Below, piece by piece: positions 30,282-40,783 of a stretch of DNA of 64,000 nt (position 1 is its first letter; each line of letters begins with the position of its first letter). Below the pieces are notes generated by a model. That model had not been told where the DNA came from. It saw only the letters and a program-made list of their open reading frames with translations, and did not search any database. Position numbers and translations under genes: made by a program. Origin of the DNA: Pirellulales bacterium (GTDB lineage: Bacteria; Planctomycetota; Planctomycetia; Pirellulales; JAICIG01); assembly GCA_040901675.1 (NCBI GenBank), contig JBBDYJ010000038.1, positions 96,001 through 160,000 on the forward strand, given 5' to 3'.

Positions 30282-31535
30282 ATGCCATACCCGTCTGGAC
30301 CGCAAAGCGGCCACGCGGCGGCGCCCCGGCTCGCTGGACGCGAACCGGGCAGAAGCAAGGACTCCAGGGACGGCTCCACCGTGTTCGACCGTTGGCCGAG
30401 GCGCTTTCGCCCCCCCGCGTATAGTAGCAGGCACTCTCCGTGTGCCGTGGCCGCGTATAGTAGCAGGCACACTCCGTGTGCCGTGGCTCGTGCGGTGGGC
30501 ATCCCCAGCAGCCGCCAAGCGCGGGCGGCGGGCCTGGCTTGGTTCGTCGCCCTGTCGGCCTGGATTTCGCCGGCCGCGGCCCAGGTCGCCGACGTGCAGG
30601 CGATGGAAGTAATCGACGTCCGCCTGCTCCATCAAGGCGGCCCGCCGGCCGTGGTCAGCTCCGTGGCGATCAGCCCCGACGGGCTGGTGTTGGCCACCGG
30701 AGGCGACGACCACCTGGTGCGGCTGTGGAATGTCGTCGACGGCAAGTTGATGCACGCCTTGCGGTTCCATACCGACTGGGTCCGCGCGGCGGCGTTCGAC
30801 CCGGCCGGAGAGCGGCTGGCTTCAGCCGGCGAAGACCGCAAGATCGTCCTTTGGGATGCATCGAGCGGGCGGCCGATCCGGACTCTCGCCAGCCCCGAGG
30901 CGGTCTATAGTTTGGCCTTCAGCCCCGATGGCTTGCTGTTGGCGGCGGCCGGGTTCTCCGACAAGCTCCGCCTGTACAACAGCCATTCGGGCGTGCTGGT
31001 GCGCGAGTTCGAGTGCCCCTGTTCCGATACGCGTGTGTTGGCGGTGTCGCCCGACGGCAGGCTGCTGGCAGCCGGAGGCCGTAACGGGCAGGTGCGCATT
31101 TGGCCGTTGACCGGCGAGAGCCCGCCAAGAACCATCCAGGCCGACCGGCGGCGGATTCGCGCGCTGGCCTTCGCGCCGGATTCGAGCCGCCTGGCTACCG
31201 CGGGAGACGGCGACAAGATCCGCCTTTGGGACACCGTTACCTGGGACGTGGCGGCGACTCTGACCAGCGGGCACGGACGCACGTTGTCGCTTGTTTTCTG
31301 TGGCCCGGACCGGCTGGCTTCGGGGGGCAGTAACAACTTGATCGAGGTATGGGACCTGGCCGCCGGCGCCGTGGAGTTGCGGCTGGTTGGGCACGTCGGC
31401 ACCGTCACTTCGCTGGTTTTTCACGCTCAGAGCAGCCTGTTGGCTTCGGGCAGCTTCGACACGACGGCCCGGCTCTGGAACCTCGGCACGACGCCGCCGG
31501 TTCGCCAGGCCGCCGAGCCGAGGTTGATTCGCTAG
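30282..31535 (+). CDS. WD40 repeat protein
   Basis: About 7 WD repeats (SPDG..LA.GG.D..VRLW). Start uncertain; the N-terminal region contains REP copies. Confidence 0.85.
   Translation: MPYPSGPQSGHAAAPRLAGREPGRSKDSRDGSTVFDRWPRRFRPPAYSSRHSPCAVAAYSSRHTPCAVARAVGIPSSRQARAAGLAWFVALSAWISPAAAQVADVQAMEVIDVRLLHQGGPPAVVSSVAISPDGLVLATGGDDHLVRLWNVVDGKLMHALRFHTDWVRAAAFDPAGERLASAGEDRKIVLWDASSGRPIRTLASPEAVYSLAFSPDGLLLAAAGFSDKLRLYNSHSGVLVREFECPCSDTRVLAVSPDGRLLAAGGRNGQVRIWPLTGESPPRTIQADRRRIRALAFAPDSSRLATAGDGDKIRLWDTVTWDVAATLTSGHGRTLSLVFCGPDRLASGGSNNLIEVWDLAAGAVELRLVGHVGTVTSLVFHAQSSLLASGSFDTTARLWNLGTTPPVRQAAEPRLIR
30415..30486 (+). repeat. Two tandem 36-bp copies of REP-like family A
   Basis: CCGCGTATAGTAGCAGGCAC(T/A)CTCCGTGTGCCGTGG twice, with one mismatch. 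Confidence 0.85.
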
Positions 31536-31585
31536 CCGACATGCCGCCGGCGCGCAAACGACCCTATCGAGCAGGGAGGTACCGG

Positions 31586-34500
31586 ATGGGTCTACTATCA
31601 GGCAGACACTCGGGGTGGCGCTGGCTTGGCCGGCGGCCGGACGCCGGGGCCAAATCTGACGAGCGGCGGGCCTGCCGGCTGGAGCAGATGGAGCCGCGGC
31701 GACTGCTGGCCGCCGATATCCAGTTGGGCACCGTCTACTTTGAGGATGCCGGCGGCGACGACATCGTGCCCGACACGTTTCATGTCACCTGGCAGGGTGG
31801 CGCGCCGGGCACCGAGCTGACTCGCCTGGTCATCGACACGGACAAGCTGGGCGACGGGCTGACGATCGGCGACACGTTCTTCGACACGGCCTCCGGCGGA
31901 TTGGGTGCCTTCCGGTCGGCGCCCCTGACGCTGGTTTCGCACGGCGGATTCCAGGTAACGAGCGTCAGCGTGGCCGACGGGGGCACCACGCTCATCTTCA
32001 CCTTCGCCGGGTTTAACGCCGGCGAAAAGCTGCTCTTTACCGTCGACGTAGACGAGCAAGGTTTCCTGGGACCCAATGCCGTGGCGGAGGGCAACGAGTT
32101 CGAGGGATCGAAGTTCACCGGCACCTTCACGGCGCCGCACTTCTTCGAAGCCACCAGGTCGACCATTTTTTTTGACGCTTACGACGAGTTGCTCGCCGCC
32201 AGCGGCCTGGACTTGCCGCCCGACAGCTACCAGCCGCCGGCTGCTCAACCCTCGCCCGTAATGACCGCGGGGGCCTTTCTCTCGGTGACCCAGGTACCGC
32301 TGCCGATTTCGATCTCGGGCGCGGTGTTCGAGGACCGCAACGTCAACAATGTCCGCGAAGCATCGGACCCCGGCCTGGCAGGCGTGCAGCTCACGCTCGA
32401 GCAGTTCGACGGCGGCAAATACGTGGCGACCGGGCAGACTGCGGTCACCGACGCGGCGGGCAATTACCGCTTCGAGGGGCTGCTGCCGGGGCGCTACCGC
32501 GTGGTCGAATCGCAGCCCGGCGGGTACTTCAGCGTCGGCGCCCGGGCCGGGCAAGTCGGCGGCGGCACCCGCGGCACAACGCTCGGCCCCGACGTAATCA
32601 CCGATATCGAGCTGTTGGGGGGCGAGGACAGCATCCGCAACAACTTTGCCGAGGCGTTGCCCAGTTTGATCCGGGGCCGCGTGCACGCCGACCGCGATGG
32701 CGACTGCGTGTACGACCCGGGCGAGATCCTGATCAGCGGAGTCTCGATCGAGCTGCTCGATGCCGCGGGCAGCGTGATCGCTCGCACGACGACCGATTCA
32801 CAGGGGCAGTACGAGTTCAACAATCTCGCGCCGGGCACGTACGGCGTGTTCGAGGTGCAGCCGGCCGGCTATTTCGACAGCGGCGACCACGTCGGGTCGG
32901 CGGGCGGCCGCCTGGTGGCGCCCGATTCGATTGTCGACATCGTGCTCGTGTCAGGCACGCTGGCCGTCGACTACAACTTCTGCGAGCACGAGCCGGTCAG
33001 CCTGGGCGGCACGGTGTACGTCGACGACAACGACAACGGCCTGCGGGGAGCGAGCGAACCGGGGATCGCCGGCGTGACGCTGGTGCTGCTGGGCGCCGAC
33101 GGCTCGCAGTTGGGTCCGACCACGACAACCGATGCCCAGGGAGCTTACCTGTTCAGCGGCCTGGCCCCCGGAGTGTACGGTGTGGCCGAGATCCAGCCGG
33201 CAGGTTTCTTCGACGGCCGCGATACGCCGGGCACGGCCGGCGGCGCCGCCCAGAACCCGGGCGACCGGATCACGGGGGCCACGCTGACGCCGGGGGTCCA
33301 CGGACGCGATTACGATTTCGGCGAGCTGCGGCCGGCGAGCATCCGCGGCCTGGTCCACGCCGACCGCAATGGCGACTGCATACCCCAGGACGACGAGCCA
33401 CGGCTGGCGGGCGTCGTCATCCAGCTCCTGGACGCCCAGGGCAACCTGCTGGCGGCCACCACGACAAACTCCCAGGGGCGGTATGCCTTCGAAAACCTTG
33501 TGCCGGGCACCTATGGCATCCGTGAGCTGCAGCCGGCCGGCTACCTCGACTCCGGCGACCACGTCGGTTCGGCCGGTGGAGTCGCCGCAGGCAACGACTT
33601 GATCACGGGTATCCGATTGGGCTCCGGCACCGAAGCCGACGACTACAACTTCTGCGAGCTGGAGCCGGCCAGCATCGCCGGCATCGTGTTCGCCGACCGC
33701 AACGGCGACTCCCTGCACCAGCAGGGCGAAGCGTTGCTGGCGGGCGTAACGATTCAACTGCTCGGCCCCGCGGCGGGCGTGGTGGCCAGCATGGCGACCG
33801 ACAGCCAGGGACGGTATGCCTTCGAGGGACTGGCTCCCGGCGTGTACGGCATCCGCGAGCTGCAGCCGGCCGGCTATTTCGACGGGCCGGACCAGGTCGG
33901 TTCGGCCGGAGGCATACGAGCCGCCAACGACCTGATCACCGGCATCACGTTGGGAGCCAACGTCGATGCCGTGAACTACAACTTCGTCGAGCTGGAGCCG
34001 GCCAGCATCGCCGGCATGGTGTATGCCGACACCGACGGCGACGGCCTGCTGGGTCCCGGCGAGGCGCCGCTGCCGGGCGTTGTCATCCAGCTCCTGGGGA
34101 ACCAGGGGCAGGTGCTGGCCACGACCATCACGGGCCCACTCGGTCGCTACATCTTCCAGGGCTTGGCGCCCGGGCGATACGGCCTTCGCGAGCTGCAGCC
34201 GGCCGGCTACTTCGACGGGCCGGACCACGTCGGCTCGGCCGGAGGCATTTTGGTTGCCAACGACCTGATCACCGGCATCCAGCTTGGGGCCGCCGTCCGC
34301 GCCACCGAGTACAACTTCGCCGAGATTCCGCCCGGGGCGATCTCCGGATTTGTTTTCCAGGATGGCCCGGACGTCGAGCTGGAGAACGTTGAAGCCGAGC
34401 TGCCGGGCCTGGTCTCGAACTTGTCGAGCATCCGTGACGGGCAACGCAAGCCCACGGATCGGCCGATCGCCGGCGTGCGGCTGCGGCTGGCCGACGCCAC

Positions 34501-36001
34501 GGGCGTGCTGTTGCTCGATGGCCGGGGCAACCCGATGGAAGCCACGACGAACGCCGCCGGCTTCTACATCTTTAACGGTCTGCCTCCGGGACTCTACACC
34601 GTGCTGCAGGTGCAGCCGGAGGGCTACATCGACGGGTTGGATACGGCCGGTTCGCTGGGCGGCATCGCGATCAACCCCGGGCTGATTGCCCTCAGCGATC
34701 CGAGCGGGTTCATGCTGCTCAGTCCCGCGTTTTTTGGCAAGGCCCACAACCCCCCCCAAGCCCCGATTGCCCCGGGCGCGGGCCGGCACTCGATCGAAAA
34801 CAACTTCGGCGAGATTCGCGTGGTGGAGAGGCCGAATGTGCCTTTCATCATGTTCCCTCCCGCGCCGACGCCGCCGAGCTTGCAGGTGATCGCACCCGCG
34901 CTGCGCGATCCGCTGGTTTTCAATACGCTTACGCCGATGATCGTGCCGCTGTTGACGCCGCTGTATTACGGCGGCGGAGGCGTGGTCGGCTTCACCTGGC
35001 ACTTGAGCGTCGTCGACGCCGGCCGGCCCCGCGGCGACCGCGGCACGCCGGAAGGCCGCATGCACCTGACCAGCGTCCAGTTCGATTCGGCCGCATGGCA
35101 GAAAACCCGGCTGACGGAAGGGACTTGGATCTTCGACGACCGGCCGTCGGCCGAGGAGGCCATCGCGCCGCCGGGCGAAGAGCCCGAAGTTGCAGCGCCT
35201 GTCGATCGCGCCCGTCGATTTGTGTTCGGCAGGCGGGGAGCGATTGCGGTGACGGGCGATTTCGACGGGGACGGCTTGAGCGAAGTCGGCGTGTTCATCG
35301 ACGGCGAGTGGTTTATCGACCTCAACGGCAACGGCATCTGGGACGAAGGCGACTTGTGGATCGGTCTCGGCTCGCAGGGCGATTTGCCGGTTACGGGCGA
35401 TTGGGACGGCGACGGCAAGACCGACATCGGCGTGTTCGGCAAGGCCTGGCCCGGCGACCCGCGGGCGGTGGCGGCCGAACCGGGCTTGCCCGGTCCCCGG
35501 AACATGACGGCCGGCACGAAGAACATGCCGCCGTCTTGGATGCAGGCCACGCTCGGCTGGCGGACGATGAAACGCACCCGCGACGGCGAGTTGCGGGCCG
35601 ACGTGATCGACCACGTCTTCCACTACGGCACCGCGGGCGACATTCCCGTGACGGGCGACTGGACCGGCAGCGGCGTCGACACGATCGGCGTCTTCCGCGA
35701 AGGCCGCTGGGTGTTGGACGTGGACGGCGACGGCAAGTGGACCGGGCCCGATCTTTCCTTCGAAATGGGCTCGGCGGGCGACCTGCCGATTGTGGGCGAT
35801 TTCGACGGCGACGGCATCGACGAGGTGGGCGTGTATCGCGACGGCCTCTGGCGGATCGACGTCAACCACGACCGCGTGCTCGACGAGCGCGACCTGATCT
35901 TCGAGCTAGGCGGCCCCGGAGACCAGCCCGTCGCAGGCGACTTCAACGGCGACGGCATCGACCAGCCGGGCGTGTACCGGGAACTGCCCGGCGGACAGTG
36001 A
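31586..36001 (+). CDS. Large extracellular protein: planctomycete export motif, about 7 SdrD-B-like domains and C-terminal FG-GAP-like repeats
   Basis: RRACRLEQMEPRRLLA; repeated SIxGxVxxDxxGD...GxYxFxxLxPGxY...QPxGY; repeated GDFDGDG/GDWDGDG. Confidence 0.88.
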   Translation: MGLLSGRHSGWRWLGRRPDAGAKSDERRACRLEQMEPRRLLAADIQLGTVYFEDAGGDDIVPDTFHVTWQGGAPGTELTRLVIDTDKLGDGLTIGDTFFDTASGGLGAFRSAPLTLVSHGGFQVTSVSVADGGTTLIFTFAGFNAGEKLLFTVDVDEQGFLGPNAVAEGNEFEGSKFTGTFTAPHFFEATRSTIFFDAYDELLAASGLDLPPDSYQPPAAQPSPVMTAGAFLSVTQVPLPISISGAVFEDRNVNNVREASDPGLAGVQLTLEQFDGGKYVATGQTAVTDAAGNYRFEGLLPGRYRVVESQPGGYFSVGARAGQVGGGTRGTTLGPDVITDIELLGGEDSIRNNFAEALPSLIRGRVHADRDGDCVYDPGEILISGVSIELLDAAGSVIARTTTDSQGQYEFNNLAPGTYGVFEVQPAGYFDSGDHVGSAGGRLVAPDSIVDIVLVSGTLAVDYNFCEHEPVSLGGTVYVDDNDNGLRGASEPGIAGVTLVLLGADGSQLGPTTTTDAQGAYLFSGLAPGVYGVAEIQPAGFFDGRDTPGTAGGAAQNPGDRITGATLTPGVHGRDYDFGELRPASIRGLVHADRNGDCIPQDDEPRLAGVVIQLLDAQGNLLAATTTNSQGRYAFENLVPGTYGIRELQPAGYLDSGDHVGSAGGVAAGNDLITGIRLGSGTEADDYNFCELEPASIAGIVFADRNGDSLHQQGEALLAGVTIQLLGPAAGVVASMATDSQGRYAFEGLAPGVYGIRELQPAGYFDGPDQVGSAGGIRAANDLITGITLGANVDAVNYNFVELEPASIAGMVYADTDGDGLLGPGEAPLPGVVIQLLGNQGQVLATTITGPLGRYIFQGLAPGRYGLRELQPAGYFDGPDHVGSAGGILVANDLITGIQLGAAVRATEYNFAEIPPGAISGFVFQDGPDVELENVEAELPGLVSNLSSIRDGQRKPTDRPIAGVRLRLADATGVLLLDGRGNPMEATTNAAGFYIFNGLPPGLYTVLQVQPEGYIDGLDTAGSLGGIAINPGLIALSDPSGFMLLSPAFFGKAHNPPQAPIAPGAGRHSIENNFGEIRVVERPNVPFIMFPPAPTPPSLQVIAPALRDPLVFNTLTPMIVPLLTPLYYGGGGVVGFTWHLSVVDAGRPRGDRGTPEGRMHLTSVQFDSAAWQKTRLTEGTWIFDDRPSAEEAIAPPGEEPEVAAPVDRARRFVFGRRGAIAVTGDFDGDGLSEVGVFIDGEWFIDLNGNGIWDEGDLWIGLGSQGDLPVTGDWDGDGKTDIGVFGKAWPGDPRAVAAEPGLPGPRNMTAGTKNMPPSWMQATLGWRTMKRTRDGELRADVIDHVFHYGTAGDIPVTGDWTGSGVDTIGVFREGRWVLDVDGDGKWTGPDLSFEMGSAGDLPIVGDFDGDGIDEVGVYRDGLWRIDVNHDRVLDERDLIFELGGPGDQPVAGDFNGDGIDQPGVYRELPGGQ

Positions 36002-36014
36002 CCCGCATGCACGC

Positions 36015-36191
36015 GTAGCCGGATTCGCCAGAATTCGGGCCCTGGGCCGTTTCACCAGAACTCTGGCGCCGTAGTCGAATTCGCCAGAATTCGGGCCCTG
36101 GCCCGCTCCCCCAGAACTCTGGCGCCGTAGCTGAATTCGCCAGAATTCGGGCCGTGGCTCGTTTCGCCAGAACTCTGGCGAGTTCTGCTAC
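36015..36191. repeat. BIME/REPIN-like array of REP family C (56-bp period)
   Basis: GTAGxxGxATTCGCCAGAATTCGGGCC at 36015, 36071 and 36127, each followed by inverted CCAGAACTCTGGCG. Confidence 0.85.
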
Positions 36192-36221
36192 CTCGCCCTT
36201 CTGCCTTCTGCCTTTCCCCGC

Positions 36222-36395
36222 TCACCCTGCATCCTTCAGCTTCTCGAGCTCAGCGGTCACTTCCGCGATCTCCTGTTCGAGCCGAGTGATGTCCCGCGGA
36301 TCGTCCATCTGCTTCTTGGCCCCGGCAAGCTGCATCCGCAGCTTCTGCAGCCGCTGGTTCAAGAGGTCGATTCGCTTTTTGGCCTTCTTATCCAT
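36222..36395 (-). CDS. Small coiled-coil hypothetical protein
   Basis: MDKKAKKRIDLLNQRLQKLRMQLAGAKKQMDDP; overlaps the stop of the upstream gene. Confidence 0.65.
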   Translation of the reverse strand: MDKKAKKRIDLLNQRLQKLRMQLAGAKKQMDDPRDITRLEQEIAEVTAELEKLKDAG

Positions 36396-36945
36396 GACCG
36401 GCACCCAGCGGAACCGCCGCCGCGGTCGGATTTCCCTCCTCGAGGGGCATGGCGGCGGAAGGCAACGCCGGCTCGGACAGCGGCGACTTGGTCGGGATCG
36501 CCCGCAGCACGCCCGAGATGCACACCACGATCACGGCCATCACCAGGTTCGCCGTCATCCAGAACCGGGCGTTCTGGCGGAAGCGGTCCAGGGCCGGGCT
36601 GCGTCCCACCAGGGCGCTGGCAATGAAGAAGATCGCCAAGGCCAACAGGAACTTCACTCCGAACAGGCCGTGGTACAGGCCGGTGTAATCGGGATGAATG
36701 CCCGGCGAGCGCAGCTTGGTGATGAAGTTGTACAGGCCGCTCAACAATAGAAACAGGATCGCCGCCATGACGAACTTCGACCAGCGGCCGCGGATCGCCT
36801 CGTGCAGCGTCTTGCGCTGTTCGGCCGGCAGCGTGGCGACCGAGGGCATCAGCGCCAGCCGCATGAAGATCGTGCCGCCGACCGCCGTGATGGCCGCCAG
36901 CATGTGCAGCCACCGCGACACGAGTGCCACATAATCGAGTTCCAC
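36388..36945 (-). CDS. 4-TM membrane protein (CopD-like)
   Basis: RWLHMLAAITAVGG, LLLSGLYN and YHGLFGVKFLLAL; RBS GAGGAGG. Confidence 0.75.
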   Translation of the reverse strand: MELDYVALVSRWLHMLAAITAVGGTIFMRLALMPSVATLPAEQRKTLHEAIRGRWSKFVMAAILFLLLSGLYNFITKLRSPGIHPDYTGLYHGLFGVKFLLALAIFFIASALVGRSPALDRFRQNARFWMTANLVMAVIVVCISGVLRAIPTKSPLSEPALPSAAMPLEEGNPTAAAVPLGAGHG

Positions 36946-37151
36946 TGCGATCCTCCTCGTGCTGTCGGCGACCGGCCCCTTCGCCGGATCGTAGGCCCAG
37001 GCCTGCCATTTGTCCAGCGGTTCGTAGTGATCCGCCCGGTAGCTTGAGTTCGCCAGAACTCAGGCGGACGTACGAAGACTGGGGCACGCTACCGCTTTGC
37101 CCCAGCCACCCGCCGGAGTCCTCCCAAGTTCTAAGTCCCAAGCACCAAGTC

Positions 37152-38525
37152 CTAAGCACCAAGTTCCTTCCTCAGCCGATCGACCAGCGCCAGCGCCTCG
37201 GCCTTGGTCGTGATCTCCTTCAGGAGTTGCGCATCGCGCACCCGCTCCAAGAGCGTGGCAAAACCCTTGCCGGGAGGCACGCCGTGCGCGATCAGATCGT
37301 CGCCCGTCACCAGCGGAGGCGGATTCAACTCCGCCTCGGGCAAGGCAAGCAGGCGGCGGCAATGCTCCACGTCGGCCGGGCGTTCGCCGGCCGCCAGGGC
37401 GTCGGCCTCGGCCAGCGCCAGCAGTTCGTCGATCCCCTCCGTGATCAACAGCCGCTGCAGCCGGGGCCAGGTCATTTCGCTGGCCCGCCGCACGACTCCA
37501 ATTTGGCGGACCAGCCAGGCGACGCGGCGGATCTCCTGGTTCGAAAGCCGCCAGCGGCGGCAAACCCGCTCGGCCGCGGCGGCCGCCTCGGCGTCGCCGC
37601 CTGACCCCGGAGCCGTTTGCCGCCCGAGCACGCCACACACGAGCGCGGCCAGGGCCAGCGAGAAACTCGGCCCGTTCTCGTCCGGCGATGGCCCGAGCCG
37701 GTCGAGCATGGCCAGTGTGTGTCGCCAGGACTTCGGCGCGCTCAGTCGAGCCGCCGGCCCTTGCGCCCCTTGGTCCGGAGCATTCTCGTCGCCAGGCGCC
37801 GGCTGTGACTCGGGGAGGATGGCCGCCAGCAGCGTCGAGCCGCGCAGCAGGTCCATGGCCCGTGCCCGGTTGGCGTGGACCAGCATCAGCCGCATTTCCT
37901 GGGCGATGCGCTCGGCGCTCACGGCGGTGATGCCGGGAGCCAGCTCGCGGATGGCTTTCCATGTCTCTTCTTCGAGGGCAAAGTCGAACGTGGCGGCAAA
38001 GCGGACGGCCCGCAGCAGCCGCAGCCGATCTTCGTGAAAGCGGGCTCGCGGATCGCCGATGGCCCGAACCAGCCGGTTTTCGAGGTCGGCCAGTCCGCCC
38101 ACGTAGTCGATCACGCGGCCGCCGTCCGGCGCGAGCGGATCGAAGAACATGCCGTTGATCGTGAAATCGCGCCGCTGTGCGTCGGCCTCGGCCGTGCTGT
38201 AATGGACCGCATCGGGATGGCGGGCGTCGCTGTATCCCTCGTCGCTGCGAAACGTGGTGACTTCGATCGTGCCGGCCCCGCCCCGGCCCACGACCGCGAT
38301 GACGCCGAAGGCCGCCCCGATCGCCAGCGTCCGGCGGTTTCCGAACAGGTTGCGGACCTGCTCCGGCCGGGCATTGGTAGCCACGTCGTAATCCTTGGGC
38401 AGGCGGCCCAGCAGGCTATCGCGGACGCACCCGCCGGCCCAATAGGCCTCGAAGCCCGCCTCGCGCAGCCGCGCGAGCACTTCCAGCGCGAAGTCGCGCG
38501 TGCGTTGGGGATCGGGTCGACTCAC
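37152..38525 (-). CDS. CCA tRNA nucleotidyltransferase / poly(A) polymerase family
   Basis: [10 protein letters not shown]...[33 protein letters not shown] and SAERI. Confidence 0.92.
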   Translation of the reverse strand: MSRPDPQRTRDFALEVLARLREAGFEAYWAGGCVRDSLLGRLPKDYDVATNARPEQVRNLFGNRRTLAIGAAFGVIAVVGRGGAGTIEVTTFRSDEGYSDARHPDAVHYSTAEADAQRRDFTINGMFFDPLAPDGGRVIDYVGGLADLENRLVRAIGDPRARFHEDRLRLLRAVRFAATFDFALEEETWKAIRELAPGITAVSAERIAQEMRLMLVHANRARAMDLLRGSTLLAAILPESQPAPGDENAPDQGAQGPAARLSAPKSWRHTLAMLDRLGPSPDENGPSFSLALAALVCGVLGRQTAPGSGGDAEAAAAAERVCRRWRLSNQEIRRVAWLVRQIGVVRRASEMTWPRLQRLLITEGIDELLALAEADALAAGERPADVEHCRRLLALPEAELNPPPLVTGDDLIAHGVPPGKGFATLLERVRDAQLLKEITTKAEALALVDRLRKELGA

Positions 38526-38965
38526 GAAATCGCCTTGAATCGGGGTGCGTGATTGATCATAGCAGAAGGAAGGACTTTGTTCTTTGCACTTTGTACTTTG
38601 GGCTCCGGCCCCGCAGCCTTATCAAGCACCAAGCACCAAGGTCTCCTTCCGCCGGGTGGCTGGGGCAAAGCGCTAGCGTGCCCCAGGGCAGTGGTCAGAA
38701 CGGCGGCTTGCTGCGGCACCTCCGGCGCGCCGCGTGCCCCAGTCGTCGCCATCGTGTTCCTGTTACTCCTTCCTCCTTCTGCCCTCTGCCCTCTGCCCTT
38801 TGCCTTCGGCCTTCTCCCTCATCCCCCCTTCGCCCCTTCCCCTCATCCCTTCCTCCCTCCCCCTCTGCCCTCCAGGATTTGCATTCGATCCGTCAAGCTG
38901 GTATCATGATTCCACTGTCGGTTCGCTCCGTTGGCACTTCCGGGACTCTTTCCGAGGTCTCGATC

Positions 38966-40006
38966 ATGCGGCCACGCTCTTCTGAAGACACCACGGTGTG
39001 CTGCCGGCCTCCTGCCTGCTTCCGAAGGTTCTCGAGCCGCCATCGCTCATCGTCCGGGATCCGGCCCCCTCGTCGCGGGTTCACGCTGATCGAGCTTTTG
39101 GTGGTGATCTCGATCATCGGCATGTTGATGGCTCTCTTGCTGCCGGCGATCCAGATGGCCCGGGAGGCGGGACGGCGCACGACCTGCAAGAACAATCTGC
39201 GCCAGCTCGGTTTCGCAATGCTGTCGCACGAGTCGGCCTGGCGTCGCTTTCCGTCCGGTGGCTGGGGCTATCTTTGGTACGGCGACCCGGACCGCGGCAC
39301 GGGCCGCGCGCAGCCCGGCGGCTGGACATACAATTTATTGCCCTACATCGAGCGCCGGGACCTGGCGGTGATGGGCAAAGGCAAGTCTTTGCCGAAAAAG
39401 TACGCGGCGATCGCACAGGTGAACCAGAGCGTCCTGGCTGTCTTCCATTGCCCCACCCGGCGTCGCCCCGAGCTCGGCGCGTTCAATCCCGCCGTGCCCC
39501 CCTTGAACGCTGATTTCAGCTCCGCGGTAGCCAAGACCGACTATGCGGCCAACGCCGGCGACAAGTTCCTGCACTCGCATTTTGGTCCGGTCGATCTAGC
39601 CCAGGGCGACAGCACGTCGTACGCCTGGCCCGATTTCAGCGAGGCCACGGGCATCGTCTACATGCGCAGCGAAGTCAGGATGGCGTCCGTCATCGACGGC
39701 AGCGGCTACACCTACATGATCGGCGAGAAGCACGTCTCCGATCCCGGTTTCGACACGGGCGATGACCAGGGCATCCACGTCGGCTACGACTGGGACACCT
39801 GCCGCTGGGCGGCCCTGGGCTGGACGCCCAGAGAGGACGGCGGCCCGGTGGCCGCGGAGCACTTTGGCAGCGCCCACGTTGATGTATGCCAGTTCGTGTT
39901 CTGCGACGGCTCCGTCCGGGAGATCAGCTTCGACATCGAGCCCGAGATCCACCAGTGGCTCGGCAACCGGCGGGACCGGCAGATCTTCTCAGACGACAGA
40001 TTTTGA
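38966..40006 (+). CDS. DUF1559 prepilin-type N-terminal cleavage/methylation domain protein
   Basis: [35 protein letters not shown]...[13 protein letters not shown] and FGSAH...FVFCDGSV. Start uncertain. Confidence 0.92.
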   Translation: MRPRSSEDTTVCCRPPACFRRFSSRHRSSSGIRPPRRGFTLIELLVVISIIGMLMALLLPAIQMAREAGRRTTCKNNLRQLGFAMLSHESAWRRFPSGGWGYLWYGDPDRGTGRAQPGGWTYNLLPYIERRDLAVMGKGKSLPKKYAAIAQVNQSVLAVFHCPTRRRPELGAFNPAVPPLNADFSSAVAKTDYAANAGDKFLHSHFGPVDLAQGDSTSYAWPDFSEATGIVYMRSEVRMASVIDGSGYTYMIGEKHVSDPGFDTGDDQGIHVGYDWDTCRWAALGWTPREDGGPVAAEHFGSAHVDVCQFVFCDGSVREISFDIEPEIHQWLGNRRDRQIFSDDRF

Positions 40007-40037
40007 CGGCCTGCCCGCCCGTCGCCCTTTCGACGTT

Positions 40038-40367
40038 TTATTGTTCGCTCGTTACCGGCGAGTCTTGGCTGGCCGCCGTGAGCATCTTCACCAGGCGGAG
40101 CGCTCCACCCGCTCCCAAGGCGATTCCGACCACTACCGATCGAACGACAAGCTGGTCGGTCGAAACGGCGGGTCCGTTCACCCAATACAACAGGGGCGCC
40201 AAAGCCAATGAGAACCAGCACGCCAACTCGGCGAGCCAAAGAATCTGTGCCGTATCGGGCGTGCTGTCCCCTTCCTCGGCGCTGCGACATTCACCCGAGT
40301 CAGGCGTCCTCGGGCCGGCAGGCGCTGGTTCGGCGGGTCTTTTTTTTGCCGAGAATCTCCAGAGCAT
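40038..40367 (-). CDS. Small hypothetical 2-TM membrane protein
   Basis: Two hydrophobic segments linked by WVNGPAVSTDQ; start uncertain. Confidence 0.45.
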   Translation of the reverse strand: MLWRFSAKKRPAEPAPAGPRTPDSGECRSAEEGDSTPDTAQILWLAELACWFSLALAPLLYWVNGPAVSTDQLVVRSVVVGIALGAGGALRLVKMLTAASQDSPVTSEQ

Positions 40368-40783
40368 CGTTCCTCCAACTCAGCATTTCTCACTGCTTCA
40401 GTTGCGCACGGAATCAATCGTAAGATCTAGCTGGCTGTTGTCTTTCACATGGTATATATGGGTCTTCGGAGTTTTGAGTGGGTGGAAACTGGGGAGAATC
40501 GGCACGGCCACGGGCAGCCTCAAGCCGCCTCGACCGCTGCGCCGGCACGACAATCCCGGTGGGACCCTGCTCCCGGCGGCACTGCCCCGGCCCTTCGCAG
40601 GTGCCAGCAAATACGGGGTTTTCTGCGGACTTGCTTCGCAAGACATCATTTTGCTGGCCCCTGCTACGGTGCCTCTGGTCGCCCCCACCCGGCTTGCCGT
40701 GCCGGCTCCGCTCGCTCACGGGGAACCGAAAGCAACAGGCGGAGCCGCCCTGCGTTTCCCTCGGGATTTTCTCGTTTACCCAC

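Noticed and set aside
36015..36191. Regularly spaced repeats that resemble a CRISPR array (also 6482-6558 and 60652-60780)
   Set aside because: The intervening sequences are themselves similar or inverted copies, there are only 2-3 units, no cas genes are present, and the same motif is dispersed across the window like a REP.
37152..38525. Functional link between the CCA-adding enzyme and the CCA-less tRNA-Leu
   Set aside because: Both are ordinary features, 22 kb apart, and nothing suggests a specific relationship.
38549..38965. Long N-terminal extension of the DUF1559 ORF
   Set aside because: It is made of heptamer runs and a family-B REP in the divergent intergenic region, and prepilin-like leaders are short, so it is probably untranslated.
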